DNA of 62,693 nucleotides, counting the filler, from Basidiobolus ranarum (taxonomy: Eukaryota), in NCBI GenBank assembly GCA_040143965.1. It is 36 parts of 36 records of this genome, joined end to end, with 100 filler letters (N's around TTAATTAATTAA, not from the genome) between each part and the next. Parts side by side here need not be neighbours in the genome. Positions count along the whole stretch, not along the records: positions 10,499 to 12,147 come from JASJQH010004630.1; positions 12,248 to 13,896 come from JASJQH010004631.1; positions 13,997 to 15,644 come from JASJQH010004632.1; positions 15,745 to 17,392 come from JASJQH010004633.1; positions 17,493 to 19,140 come from JASJQH010004634.1; positions 19,241 to 20,887 come from JASJQH010004635.1; positions 20,988 to 22,633 come from JASJQH010004636.1; 29 more parts are not named here. One strand, given 5' to 3'. The notes under the pieces were generated by a model. It made no database searches, had not been told where the DNA came from, and worked only from the letters and a program-made list of their open reading frames with translations. The stretch's first letter is position 1. Each line of letters starts with the position of its first letter. Position numbers and translations under genes: made by a program. Positions 10,790 through 22,733 of the stretch are shown here, piece by piece.

Positions 10790-12147
10790 TTTACATATTT
10801 ACTACTTCAATGGTAATTTGTCACCTTCAAAATTCCTGGCTTCTTTGATATATTTTTCTGAATATTTTTATAGAGCTCTTCATACCCACAGTTTAGCTCA
10901 TATCCATGATTTAGCTCTTATCTGACATGAGTTTGTATCAATATCTCCATCAAAGTCCACCATTTACATTAATGTTGCTGAATCAACATTCTTCCTGCTA
11001 TCTGGCAGGTACCCTGCAATATTGTGCCACTCTGTATTGAGTTTGTCCCATATATCTGCATGGTCAATACCAGACTGAATGTCAATTTGAATGTTCTTTT
11101 TTTGATGCCACTTACTGCATACTTGCACTGCATTTCTCCCTTCATACTTTTGATAATACTCCTCAAGCCCGTTTACTATTATCATATGTCTGGTAGTGTG
11201 ACACTACTGAGGATGCTTTGCAGTGTTTGTGTGGCTTTTTGCTTGCCTTTAACTTTGAGGCTAATTTCAGTACTTTGAGAAATACCAGTCAAGGTTGGAG
11301 AGCTGTGTGTTTTATTTGCTGGTGCTTTGGCTTGTTTAGAGGTGACAGGAGTTGAATAAACTTCCTAATTTAGCACTTTTCCAATAGGTGTACCTAGTTC
11401 TGTGATGAAAACAAACCTTTTGGCCAGTATATCTGACTCTGGAAATGCAGATCTTCATGATGGTGTGAAGAATTTGGTAAGTGGGACAGTATAGCCTGAA
11501 CTCACTAGCTCCTTTACTTTTACCTTGGGTTTACTAACTTCCTACTTCTTGAATATTTCTTTAGCTGCTTTTCTTTCTTTTCCAAGTCAATAATTGGGTA
11601 CATTTTTGAGATGTTTCATGAATGGGCCCACCCTAGCCCAATTATCATTTGCTTGCAAAAACCCAGAATAAGCTACATGAACTAAGTCAAGGACCTTCAA
11701 AGTAACACCCAGTTTTTGGTTTTTCCATGATTTGCTCAAATCCAGAGGATTTTGTCAAGATTCTGCACAGTTTCAAAGATGTTCTACCACTCATCAACAG
11801 AGCAAGTGATGGCAGATGTGACATTTAGAGTCTTTTGGTTTGCTGGTTTTGCTATGAGATTTCTACTTTGATTTGCCCAAGCAATTTCCGGTTGTTGTGC
11901 AGGCTCAATGGCCCCACACATATTCCACTATGCCAGATTGTTGCAGTGACGTACATATGTCTGATGTGGGATTCATTGAAATCCCATATGAGAATGAATG
12001 GAGGGAGCAGCATGTTGCTATAGCTCAAGTACAGCATTCTGAAGGTCTTGTATGATTGTTGAGTCACTCTCTAACTGTTGACTAGTTGCTTCCAAATGCT
12101 GCTTTAATTGCAATATTACAGTGTTATTGCTTGTCATAGTATGTAGC
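10790..12147 (-). mobile_element. CACTA-like element accessory ORF2, decayed
   Basis: Homologous to 32502-32983, 59321-60150, 29717-29995 and 44290-44470 (LDLSKSWKNQK...FLQANxNWA; YYQKYEGRNA). Confidence 0.75.
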
Positions 12148-12247
12148 NNNNNNNNNNNNNNNNNNNNNNNNNNNNNNNNNNNNNNNNNNNNTTAATTAAT
12201 TAANNNNNNNNNNNNNNNNNNNNNNNNNNNNNNNNNNNNNNNNNNNN

Positions 12248-13580
12248 ATGGTTGTGATAGTGCTTTGGTTGAACTTTGCTCAACTATTGATTTACTATGT
12301 AATTGGGGGATTACAATCTCTTCACTAGCACTATTACTGGAAAGGAACACATCTGGTAAATTGATCAATGCTTCATCATTACTTGATTTAGTTTCTGGCA
12401 TGTTAATGCCTACCAAAGTGGATAGTGGATTGCTACACTCCTCATCAATTAAGTCTTCTGTTCTTGCTGTTTTTTTCCTTTTGTGCCAGCAGGCTTTGGC
12501 TTGGAAGCCAATTTTGACTTAGATTATGAATGCTTTTTGAATGGCTTTAAAATTTCAGATGGTAAACTTGGTATAATGAATAGGGTTAGAATGAGCTTAT
12601 AATAAAACAAAATTGCCATCTATTACCAGATATATCTTATAAATGCCCTGAAGAGTGTTCTATGGCACCATCTCAGAATTGGCTGATGATATTGATGGGC
12701 TATATCTAATATACTACCCTTATGTTTGAGGTGTTCTTTTTGCTACAATATCATTCTCATGCCACAACACAAATGTTTAAAGAAGCCCTACTATTCTTGT
12801 CTCAAAATCTTATGCTATGAAAGCCAGAGGCTTCATAGAAAAAACAATCACAAGCACAGTCACTGTACAAAGCCACTAGCTGCACAAAGCCTGGTGTATA
12901 ACAACAGTACTAAGTGCACTAAAGCAACTTTAGTTTTGCCCATTGTGTTCACTGATGCTACTTTGTCTCAAAGTTTTGTTAACACTGCCTAAAGTCAAGA
13001 TACTGTGATGTTACCACAGTTATATGACCAGAATGATGTAGGTAGAAATGCAACTTTGGTCAAACCTGTTAGTTCAGACAACTTTGAGGACTTGCTGCTA
13101 GATGTTGGCCTTTTTTATTTAAGCACCAATGGTAGTATATCAGAAGCTGAAGAAGAAGACAACCATTTTGTAAAGGACTGTTGGTTGTTGGCAAACATTA
13201 GTCCATTCATAACACTTACAGTAAAGGAAGCAGCTTTGATTATTGAGGAGTGGAGAGTTCAATCCAATATTAGCAACCAGGTGTTTACTGGTTTTCTTAC
13301 ACTTTTACCACAGTTGATTGGCAATTGTTGCTTGCCACAGACCTGGTACAAGTGTGAAACACTTATCAATTATATGTCTTATAATTATGTTGTAATTAAA
13401 CTACCATCATGCCCAAATGGTTGTTTGTCTTCCACCAGTGATCTGAGAAATCTGAACTCATGTACTATTTGAACATAATTGGCAATTACTGAATCAAGTA
13501 AATATTGTTCATATTTGGCTTATGTATCATTGATTCCCTGTCCTAAAGCTTTGATGAAATCACCCAAATATAGATCATTG
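12248..13580 (+). mobile_element. CACTA-like element: ORF2 5' part (minus) and transposase 5' part (plus, ATG about 12759)
   Basis: MPQHKCLKK..., LPQTWYKC, CPNGC, YISLIP.LK precede the Tnp2 core seen at 52400-53832; same layout at 38636-39969 and 44290-45303. Confidence 0.8.
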
Positions 13581-13752
13581 TGTGCAACTCTCATAACTTC
13601 CTGAGCCAATAAAATTCCTATTGGGGTTCCGGGTTCCATAATTCACATATATTATTTCTCGTTGAATTTTATAATGTTACATTTTTTTGGATTGAACATT
13701 TCAACTTCATTACTAAATGGGAATTATTTAAGATTCATAAAATAAATCATCA

Positions 13753-13896
13753 ATGAGTCAGGATAACTTGGAAAAGAAAACATTTGAGGAGATTGTTGGA
13801 TCTGCCAACAAGATTGTTGCGGATATAATTTATACAGTTATGTCCGATTTGAGCAGTGAGCTTATCAAGGAAGGTTTAGATTCCAACACTGTTCTT
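13753..13896 (+). CDS. Possible 5' end of an unknown ORF
   Basis: ATG after AT-rich sequence, open to the contig edge (MSQDNLEKKTFEEIV...); no recognisable motif. Confidence 0.3.
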
Positions 13897-13996
13897 NNNN
13901 NNNNNNNNNNNNNNNNNNNNNNNNNNNNNNNNNNNNNNNNTTAATTAATTAANNNNNNNNNNNNNNNNNNNNNNNNNNNNNNNNNNNNNNNNNNNN

Positions 13997-14336
13997 GTTG
14001 TGAATAGCTTTGTGAAATAGTTATTGATTGTCCAGAAATGAAGTATTTATACATTTTGGTAGAGATACAGAAAACTAACACTGGGGTTGTGTTCAGAGCG
14101 TTTGTGGAAGTAAGATGAGCTATCATTGGGGCAATGTAGAAAAGTTTGAAATTTCCAACATGGATTTGCTAATTCTCATATTATTCACGTATTATATAAA
14201 ATATGTTCCAACTTTCAGTAAGTGATATTTGACTAAGCAATGTTAATTAACTTATATGTGATATATGAAATAGTTGGGTGTATAAAGATAGTGATAACAA
14301 ATATGATAAAGACAATAAACTTCAACACTCCCACTC
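13997..14336 (-). repeat. Copia family A 3' LTR (partial, to 14327) and polypurine tract
   Basis: Reverse reads GAGTGGGAG then TGTTGAAGTTTATTGTC, as at 49090. Confidence 0.88.
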
Positions 14337-14359
14337 AACTAAATACTCATATATCTTAA

Positions 14360-15644
14360 TCCTAACTTAAATCATAATTCTTCAAATTTTGGCTAGGGTA
14401 ATGGCATGGTAAGGATGTCTGCAATCATGTCCTCAGTTAGATAGTACTCTAGTTGGACATGCTTATTCTCAATAGCTTCCCTAACAAAGTGATATTCAAT
14501 GTCAATGTGCTTACTTCTAGCATGAAATTTGGGATTTTTAGCTAAAGAAACACAACTTTAATTATCCTTAAAAATTATGGTTGGTGAACTTTAATAAATG
14601 CTCAAGTCTTTGAACAGTTTCCTTAACTGCATAGCTTCCTTTGTTATATGTGATGCTGCCATGTACTCTGCTTCAGTTGTTGAAAGTGCTACAGTAGGTT
14701 GTTTCTTGCTAATCCAAGATATGGCTACTTCACTATAGAGAAAGATATACCCAGTGATAGATCTTCTGTCCTCAATGTCATGTCCCCAATATGCATCACT
14801 AAACCCAGTTGGATCCTTATTCTCATGAGAATGTGTGTATCTTAAGCCCAGAACAATAGTACCCTTCAAATATCTGAAAATCCACTTAACTCCTGCATAA
14901 TGCTCAGATCCTGGGTTTTGCACATGTTGACTAACTGCTCCCACTGCAAAAGAGATATCTGGCCTAGTTCCAGTAATAGCATGGACTGAACAACCTACCA
15001 TAGATTGTTAAGGGAACTCAGGGCTCTCTAATGACATTTTTTGAGCCATATTTGGCTATTTTCATCATATTTGATGGGATTTTTTACTAGTTTACACCAG
15101 GATCCATGGGAGTTGCTACCGGCTTTCAATTTTCCATCCTGTAATGTCAGAGAATGTCTGAGATGTATTTAGATTGACTCAGAGTAATAGATTTGTGCAA
15201 AATATCTGTATGGATCTGCAGGCCTAAAAAATACGCAAGTTCACCTAGATCAGTTATCTTTAATTGGACTGAGAAGTCTCTTTTGGTGTTCCTGAGAGCT
15301 TCATCATTATTGGTAGCTATAATCAGATCATCTACATATAAGGCAAGTAGCATCTTACTGTCCTTATCTGTCTTAAAGTAGATCCCAAAATCAGCTGTAC
15401 TCTTTTGGAAATCAAGTGATTCCAAGTATGTGTCTATCTTAGTGTACCAGGCCCTGGGTGATTGTTTAAGTCCATAAAATGATATTTGTAGCTTACACAC
15501 ATCCTCAGGGTGCTCCAGATCTACACAACCATCTGGTTGATCCATGAGTATATCCTCTTCCAAGTCCCCATTCAAAAAAGCAGCTTTAACATCCATTTGA
15601 TGGATTTTTAGCTGAATTTTGATGCCACTGCTAGTACAGAACTG
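14360..15644 (-). pseudogene. Copia family A reverse transcriptase and RNase H
   Basis: QMDVKAAFLNG, YGLKQSPRAW, LYVDDL, TRPDI, SKKQPTVALSTTEAEY, SKHIDI. Confidence 0.96.
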
Positions 15645-15744
15645 NNNNNNNNNNNNNNNNNNNNNNNNNNNNNNNNNNNNNNNNNNNNTTAATTAATTAA
15701 NNNNNNNNNNNNNNNNNNNNNNNNNNNNNNNNNNNNNNNNNNNN

Positions 15745-16057
15745 CATATATAGCTTAGTACTTAGTTATCTTATAATTCACTAAGATATTATCAATTATT
15801 CTCAATTGGAATTTACTTAGAATATTTTTACCAACATAGAAGTTCTCATATATATAGATTTTTCAAACTTTTGCTAGAAGCCCCAAACTTTGAACACATG
15901 TTCCTGAGACCTTCCTTAGCACATTCTACATGTTAGTTTGTTTACATCTTGACAAAACTATCAGTATCAACTTTCTACACAATAAATCACTAAGTGAAAA
16001 CCATCAAATCCTCTATTTCTCCAAACCACTTCCAACAGGCTCCCATATACTTTAACA
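15745..16057 (+). repeat. Copia family B LTR (partial)
   Basis: Matches 6145-6450. Confidence 0.88.
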
Positions 16058-16230
16058 CTAAATAGCCTGCCACATTTGTTTCAGAGACTAGTAATGGCTA
16101 TAGAATCAAGAACTGAATATTTGACCTTAAATTATGTATTCAGCAGGTATCTGAATGAAGATTACACAAATTGTGATACAACAAAAAGAATGAGGAAAAT
16201 GCTTTAATAGGCTTTGGGAAGCCTCCCTAT

Positions 16231-16499
16231 TGTTAAAGTATTTGGTAGCCAGTTGGAAGTGGTTAGGAGAATTAGAGGAATTAGTGGTTTTCACATATTA
16301 ATTTAAAAGTAGAAAGTTGACATTTATAGCTTTATCAAGATGTAGACAAACAGGGGTGTAGAATGAGTTAAGGAATGGTAAAAATATCCTAAGTAAGTTC
16401 CAATTGAAAATAATGGATTATATCTTAGTGAATTATATGACAACTAAGTACTAAGCTATATGTGACTATATAGGTGTTTATGCAAAGCCAATTTCAACA
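16231..16499 (-). repeat. Copia family B solo LTR, internally deleted
   Basis: Both LTR ends present in reverse; flanks CCTAT and CTTAT form a near-perfect 5-bp target duplication. Confidence 0.85.
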
Positions 16500-16582
16500 C
16501 TTATAGAAGTAAAAAGCACTTTGAGACAAAAAGTAACACATTCTGTGATTACTATAACAGAACTGACCTTTTAAGCAAAGAT

Positions 16583-16941
16583 TGTTGAAATTAGCTTTGC
16601 ATAAACACCTATATAGTAATATAGAGCTTAGTACTTAGTTGTCATATAATTCACTAAGATATAATCCTTTATTCTCAACTGGAATATACTTAGAAAATTT
16701 TTACCAACTTAAAAGTTCACAGATATTTAGATTTTTCAAACTTGAGCTAGAAACCTCAAACTTTGCACACAAGCTCCTGGGACCTTCCTTAGCACATTCT
16801 ACATGTTTGTTTCTTTTCATCTTGACAAAACTAAAAATGTCAACTTTAGACTCAATAAATCAATAAGTGAAGACTATCAATTCCACTAATTTTCCAAACA
16901 CTTCCAACAGGCTTCCAAATACTTTAACAGGTTATAAGCCC
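16583..16941 (+). repeat. Copia family B 5' LTR (16583-16929) and primer site GGTTATAAGCCC
   Basis: TGTTG...TAACA followed by a one-mismatch version of the family A primer site. Confidence 0.88.
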
Positions 16942-16979
16942 CAAGCTTGCACTCTCTGTAATCTCTATTTCTCAAATTT

Positions 16980-17392
16980 ATGGAACTTTTCCCTCTTCTG
17001 AAAAATTGGATGGAAACAATTATCAAGTTTGAAAATTAAAATATTAAATGCTGCTGCAAGAAAAAGGACCTTGGGACACTGTTGTAGGAGAAGAAAACAA
17101 TGCAAAACTATCTGAAACCAAAATTTCACTCCAAGTTAAAAAAGAACAAAATGCCTTTAACACAATTTGTCTTAATGTTAAAGACACATCGCTAATTCAA
17201 TGTTCAAGAGCTAAAACTACCAAGCAGGTATGCAAAGGCTTGGAAGACACCTACCAAACAAGTTCTGCTGCCAACAAGATGTTTCTAAGAAGGCAATTCT
17301 TTAACTTAAAGATGAAGCCTGAAGAAGACATTAAATCACTAATTCAAAGAGTCACTATTTTAGTGGATGAAATGGAATGCATTGGAGTATCT
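16980..17392 (+). pseudogene. Copia family B gag fragment
   Basis: EKLDGNNYQV*KLKI, ANKMFLRRQFFNLKM. Confidence 0.9.
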
Positions 17393-19241
17393 NNNNNNNN
17401 NNNNNNNNNNNNNNNNNNNNNNNNNNNNNNNNNNNNTTAATTAATTAANNNNNNNNNNNNNNNNNNNNNNNNNNNNNNNNNNNNNNNNNNNNCACCCCCC
17501 TGTAACAAAACAAATCAAAATAACTGCGTTCATTACATCACAAAGCAAGGATATTTAGCATGTATATTACTGAAATTTTGTTAAAACGACTTGCTACTCG
17601 AAATCAACCAATAGAGTCCATTGTTTTTTGGAAATTAACAGCAAATCAAATGGATTTGATATCTCTGAGTATACCGGTTATTATTGGCTCCCATGCTAAT
17701 GTAAACAAACCCTTCAACTCCTCATCTATTTAGTTAGTCTGGAACATCATACTCAGCTTTCGGATTGGAGTTTTAAGGCTAAACATAAGTATCTCCTTTC
17801 CTCCATATTGACATGAGAAACTCAATCGTCCGACGTGGGTTGATTGGATTCAATGAAATCTGATGTTTAAATTGGTTTCATACTGGGTTGTTCATTATAT
17901 CATAACAAAGTGAGTAATGTGAGTGATTCTTGAAAAATATGGTATCTGCCAGGACCCATCATAATGATTACCGTAACTATTTTTCGAGAAGCTGTAAATT
18001 GAAAGGAAATAAAAGAAGAGTTTAACACACCAAGATTAACAGGTGCTAAGAGGTGAATGTATTAGCACTAGCACTAATCAAAGTTACAGTATAGATCGTG
18101 AAATTGCTCAGTGGAGCTATTTGGCATATTTCTGAATGAAGTTTACTGGAAAATTAGCTTCTTATTGTGGCATTCATAGCCAATACCAACGACTTACTAC
18201 TGGTAAGTCAATGTAGTAATTCTATTATTCATATGACATTCAGTTCAGTCCATACTTGTGAGATTTGGAAGGCAATTAGTCTTGCATATTCACTTGATAA
18301 TTCCATATCACAGTAACTAGAAGGTGCAATGTCATTAATAGAAGTGAAGAAATCATTACAAGTACCTAGAAAACAAAGGGGTTCCCTTAATTTGATGTAC
18401 GTGATCAATTCATCGGAACATGTAAGGAAATGCAGTGAACTACGCCATAGAGTAAGAATGGAAAACGACTTACAAGGATAAATTGAATTACCTGTGGTAC
18501 AATGGTTGAAATTTTTTTGAGGTTCCAACATTCAATGGTGATCTTAGGTGGACCAAACCAGTTGACTATGTCAACAACGAACTTGTGAATGCTCATGCAA
18601 GTTGGTTAGTCAAGGGAAATTCGTGAAAATTAATTTCTGAATCATAGTTTCATTACAAGATGGATGTTTGATTGTCACTCATTATCGAGATGTACAAGTA
18701 GTGTCTAATTTTAGAATCCAATATCAATATCGAGTGGATGGATATAATACAATCAAATCTTCGTTTATGAGGAAATTCAAATCTTACGAATTATTAAATG
18801 CTATTTTTAAATTTGAAGTGAAACAATTTATATCAAATATTTTTAACCCTATTTGCAATAGGTGCCATTAAAGAGATAACCAGCGGTAAGACCGAAATTT
18901 GTGAGGGCCATTCCCTATATATATTGGGATTTTTGAAGTAGGACAAAGGTAAATGTATAGATAGATATTCATGGAATACAAAGTTATAGTGAACTGACTG
19001 GGATAGTCAGGTACAATCGAAGGGAGATGTGTATGAGAGCGGGCATACGATATGGATGATATAATGTACGTACAGTAGTGGTATTGAAAGCAGCTACACA
19101 CACAGGGTGAAAATCTATTAAAAAACCAATACTAGCAAATNNNNNNNNNNNNNNNNNNNNNNNNNNNNNNNNNNNNNNNNNNNNTTAATTAATTAANNNN
19201 NNNNNNNNNNNNNNNNNNNNNNNNNNNNNNNNNNNNNNNNT

Positions 19242-19526
19242 ACGGAGTGGTGGGGTGATGCTCGCACCTGGCCCAACAGTGCCCGCAATGTCAACGGATG
19301 GGTTGTCTCTAGTCAACCACGCGTTCCCTCCATCATTGTCATTCAGCCAGGGTATCAAGGCTGCGGATCAACTGGTCATGTCGCCGTTGTAGAGCGTATA
19401 AATAATGATGGAAGCGTGTACACCAGCAACTGGAACTACAAGTTCAACGGACAAGGTGGAGTTTATTCTACATCCTATGGAAACTTCAATACTGGCAGTG
19501 GAATATCCTTCCTCTGGCATCAGTAG
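19242..19526 (+). CDS. CHAP-domain protein, C-terminal half (copy 1)
   Basis: TEWWGDARTWPNSA...PSIIVIQPGYQGCGSTGHVAVVERINNDGSVYTSNWN...FLWHQ*; GHVAVVE is the CHAP catalytic His motif. Not in the supplied ORF track. Confidence 0.9.
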   Translation, partial: TEWWGDARTWPNSARNVNGWVVSSQPRVPSIIVIQPGYQGCGSTGHVAVVERINNDGSVYTSNWNYKFNGQGGVYSTSYGNFNTGSGISFLWHQ

Positions 19527-20568
19527 AGCCATCGTTAAAGCCTAAAAGAAATCCAGAATAGACAAACTATCTGCTGTGCAGATTTTAAACTTCATGTTCA
19601 ATGAGCGCAAATAAAAAACCTTCTACTCATAAAAACTACATGGAATCAAATTGCGAATGTTTAAAATTTCCGATCAATTTTGTCTAGTTTCAAGGGGTTT
19701 TATGTCATTAAGATATATTTCCAAATTTTATCAATCTACATTTCTAGCTTACTCTCAGATTATCCAACTATTTGCTACCTGCTAGTACAATGAAAACGTG
19801 GCGGATCGAAAATGTCTAATCTAGATTAGTTTTATCCATATAGAGATTTAGTGCATTATGATCAAATTTATTTGAATCGATCAGTAACTTTGTGGAGGAA
19901 CATGTTCGACGTATTAGATGTTCTTATTTGATACAAAACTATAAAATAACCCTAGTTTATGAAACTTAAGCCTTTTAGTCAGAATGGTAAAGTGTTCTAT
20001 TGACTCATTTATGATACTATGATAAATTGGATTTTTTCATTAGTAGGATTGGACATATGGATCGGGACCTAGGAAGTCATAGGCTGAATAAGACACATTG
20101 TTTTCTATTCGCAAACACTGATTTTTATCTGAGAAAACCCCAAAAAGTCAACTTTCAGCTCATGGAAGCAAATCATTGTTAATGGTAATAGCACACAACT
20201 TAAACTCGCCAAGATTAGATTTTGCGTTAATACTAACTCCAATTCCGTAATAGTTACAACCTCCAGTGAAGAATCAACCACTTGTATAATCAAACTTACT
20301 GAACTGGTCAGCTCACAATTAACGTAATTGGTTTATTTCTTATCACGCCTTATCCTTTCACAAATCGCTTGTTGAAGTCACATCAAATTGATTCTTGATT
20401 CGCTCAAATACACTGTCAATAGATGAAACTTGGAGTATTGGTAACCATAGAAGCTCCTTTTGTGACTCCCGCAGTCCTAGAATCTTTAAGAATGGAAAAT
20501 GGTGGATTGGGATCTTGGAGTCACTTTGAACGATTGCCAACACACGTGGGGAGAGGAGACAGGAGAAA

Positions 20569-20578
20569 TATATAAAAG
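20569..20578 (+). promoter_or_regulatory. TATA box of the CHAP gene
   Basis: TATATAAAAG 77 bp upstream of ATG 20646. Confidence 0.6.
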
Positions 20579-20645
20579 CTGGAGTAGAAGTTCAGTTACA
20601 AAACAGTACTAACTTACTATTAGAAACTTACTACTAAATATCAGA

Positions 20646-20887
20646 ATGGTCAATCTTACATCTGCTTTATCTTGCGTGTTCCTCGCAGCCGCCACTTTCA
20701 TGGCCTCTTCCGTTAATGCCCTACCAACTCACAATACAGTTGCTGCTCCTAGTTCCTTAAACCAAACTGAGGTAGTTAGCACATCCAGTAAACTCGCTAA
20801 TATCAGCGTGCTGGCCTCTTGCTCTCGCAGCTTCCGCTTCAACAATGGCCAATGTACCGACTGGGCTGATGCCCGCTACTATGAGCT
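20646..20887 (+). CDS. Secreted CHAP-domain protein, N-terminal half (copy 2)
   Basis: Signal peptide MVNLTSALSCVFLAAATFMASSVNA, Ser/Thr-rich linker, then FNNGQCTDWADARYYE carrying the CHAP catalytic Cys motif GQCT. Confidence 0.88.
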
Positions 20888-20987
20888 NNNNNNNNNNNNN
20901 NNNNNNNNNNNNNNNNNNNNNNNNNNNNNNNTTAATTAATTAANNNNNNNNNNNNNNNNNNNNNNNNNNNNNNNNNNNNNNNNNNNN

Positions 20988-22098
20988 TGAAAAACTTTAT
21001 TTTGGGTTTAAAGAAGATAGACAGAATATATGCTGGTGTTTGATACATTCCCTGCTGCATCTTTCACAATGCTTAGAGATTATTGGCCCTTGCTATACAT
21101 TCTGGGAGTTCCCAATGGAGTGCACCTGTAGTGAAATGATGCTCCATGTGAAATTGTCAGTATTACCATATGCTAATCTGATTAACAATGTATCAGCAAA
21201 ATCAGTGATGGATGTAATGCAATGGGTTAAGGAGACTCCAGAGTATATTAACCTGCCAACAAAGGGCTCTTTCAATGTGCACATTAGTTTTTGCATTGTT
21301 TGAGCACAATAACAGCAACAAAGCCCAATCCATGGACACTGAGTAAGTACCTCTATAATTGGACTAATTTGTTTGTGTGTTAATCTGATGGTATTTTTAG
21401 GAAAGCTGCAAAACAGACTTCTTGGTGAGATAGATCAAGATAAACAATATTATTATTTATCCATGGGGTAACCTATTCAAGCAATGTCACATCTACTTGT
21501 GGCAGGACATTTGTTGACCACAAGTTGGGGATATATTGGCTGAGTTCTTTGTGGAAATTTGCCAAATTCCAGGAGCTTATTCTCATTGTGAATGGTAACA
21601 AGAGTCAGCTATTTGCCAACTGTCAGTGCTATTCAAAATTTCAGATGTTTAGCAATTTTTCCACCATCAGTTTGCTGGTAAAGCATATTTATGTTGTTGA
21701 GTTATGTCTAATCAGTCAAGTATGTGCATATGTAGAGACTAAACACAACAAGATTCTTATATTTTTTGACTCTCATTATGGCTGGAATGCAAAGCCTAAA
21801 ATAACTAAATAAAGGCATGCATATTAAATCAAATTCCTACAGCAGTAAACCCAGTAATGTGCCATTCAAAAATTATATTTTTGCCAAAATTAGTGGATAT
21901 TGAATGATGCATGCCAATTTGAGGATCAATATTTTAACCTGTATGAATACCATAGAAAATACCATCAAGTAACTGCTGTCACACCATCAAAATCTCTGGC
22001 AGAATGCAAGCTACCAGTATTGTGATGGTCCTCTGATGGTTTTGCTCTTTTGAAGGGTGGATCCAATCTGGATCAAATTGATTTTATTTTTGTTAGGG
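20988..22098 (+). mobile_element. CACTA-like transposase C-terminus and right terminus
   Basis: IHSLLH...IIGPCY.FWEFPME motif; similarity to other copies ends at ATTTTTGTTAGGG. Confidence 0.85.
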
Positions 22099-22633
22099 GT
22101 CAATATCACTTAACTGCAAATCAGGACATATTATATATATGTGAACATTGTGAGGATCAGCAATTCCATATTGAAATTTCAAACTTGTCTAAAACACCCA
22201 AAAGATAGTTCATTTATTCCCACAGAAGTTCTGAACACACCTCCAGTGTTATTCTTCTGCATTTACATCAAAATGTATAAATGCTCCATTCCTGGACAAC
22301 AAATAATTATCTTATAACAGCTGTTCACAACTCCACTTTTCTAAAGTTCCTCCAAACAGCACTTAATTTTAGCAACAGGTTATGAGCCCATGTTCTAACA
22401 TTTACAGCATGACAGAAACCTCTACTATCCCTTTTATTATCTCCAGTGTTGAAAAGCTTGAGAGAGAAAATTACAATTTCCGGCAGTTCAAGATGCAAAT
22501 TATGCTGGAAGACAGGAAGCTTTGGGATGTAGTCTCTGGTGATGAAAAGAGACCTTCTGATCCTTCTTCATTAGAAGCTTACAAGAAAAGAGACAAGAAG
22601 GCCTTTCATGTCATTTGTCAAAGTTTGAAGGAT
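22099..22633 (+). mobile_element. Copia family A truncated 5' LTR (to 22377), primer site (22378-22389), gag start (22409)
   Basis: ...GCAACA GGTTATGAGCCC ... MTETSTIP...EKLERENYNF. Confidence 0.9.
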
Positions 22634-22733
22634 NNNNNNNNNNNNNNNNNNNNNNNNNNNNNNNNNNNNNNNNNNNNTTAATTAATTAANNNNNNNNNNN
22701 NNNNNNNNNNNNNNNNNNNNNNNNNNNNNNNNN

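Noticed and set aside
17493-19140. Short ORFs in this contig
   Set aside because: No recognisable motif or consistent frame; could be a decayed gene but cannot be called.
3502-20887. Sel1, TauD, CHAP and Gly-rich genes as a cluster or island
   Set aside because: Apart from the TauD and Gly-rich pair, they lie on separate unlinked contigs ordered only by length.
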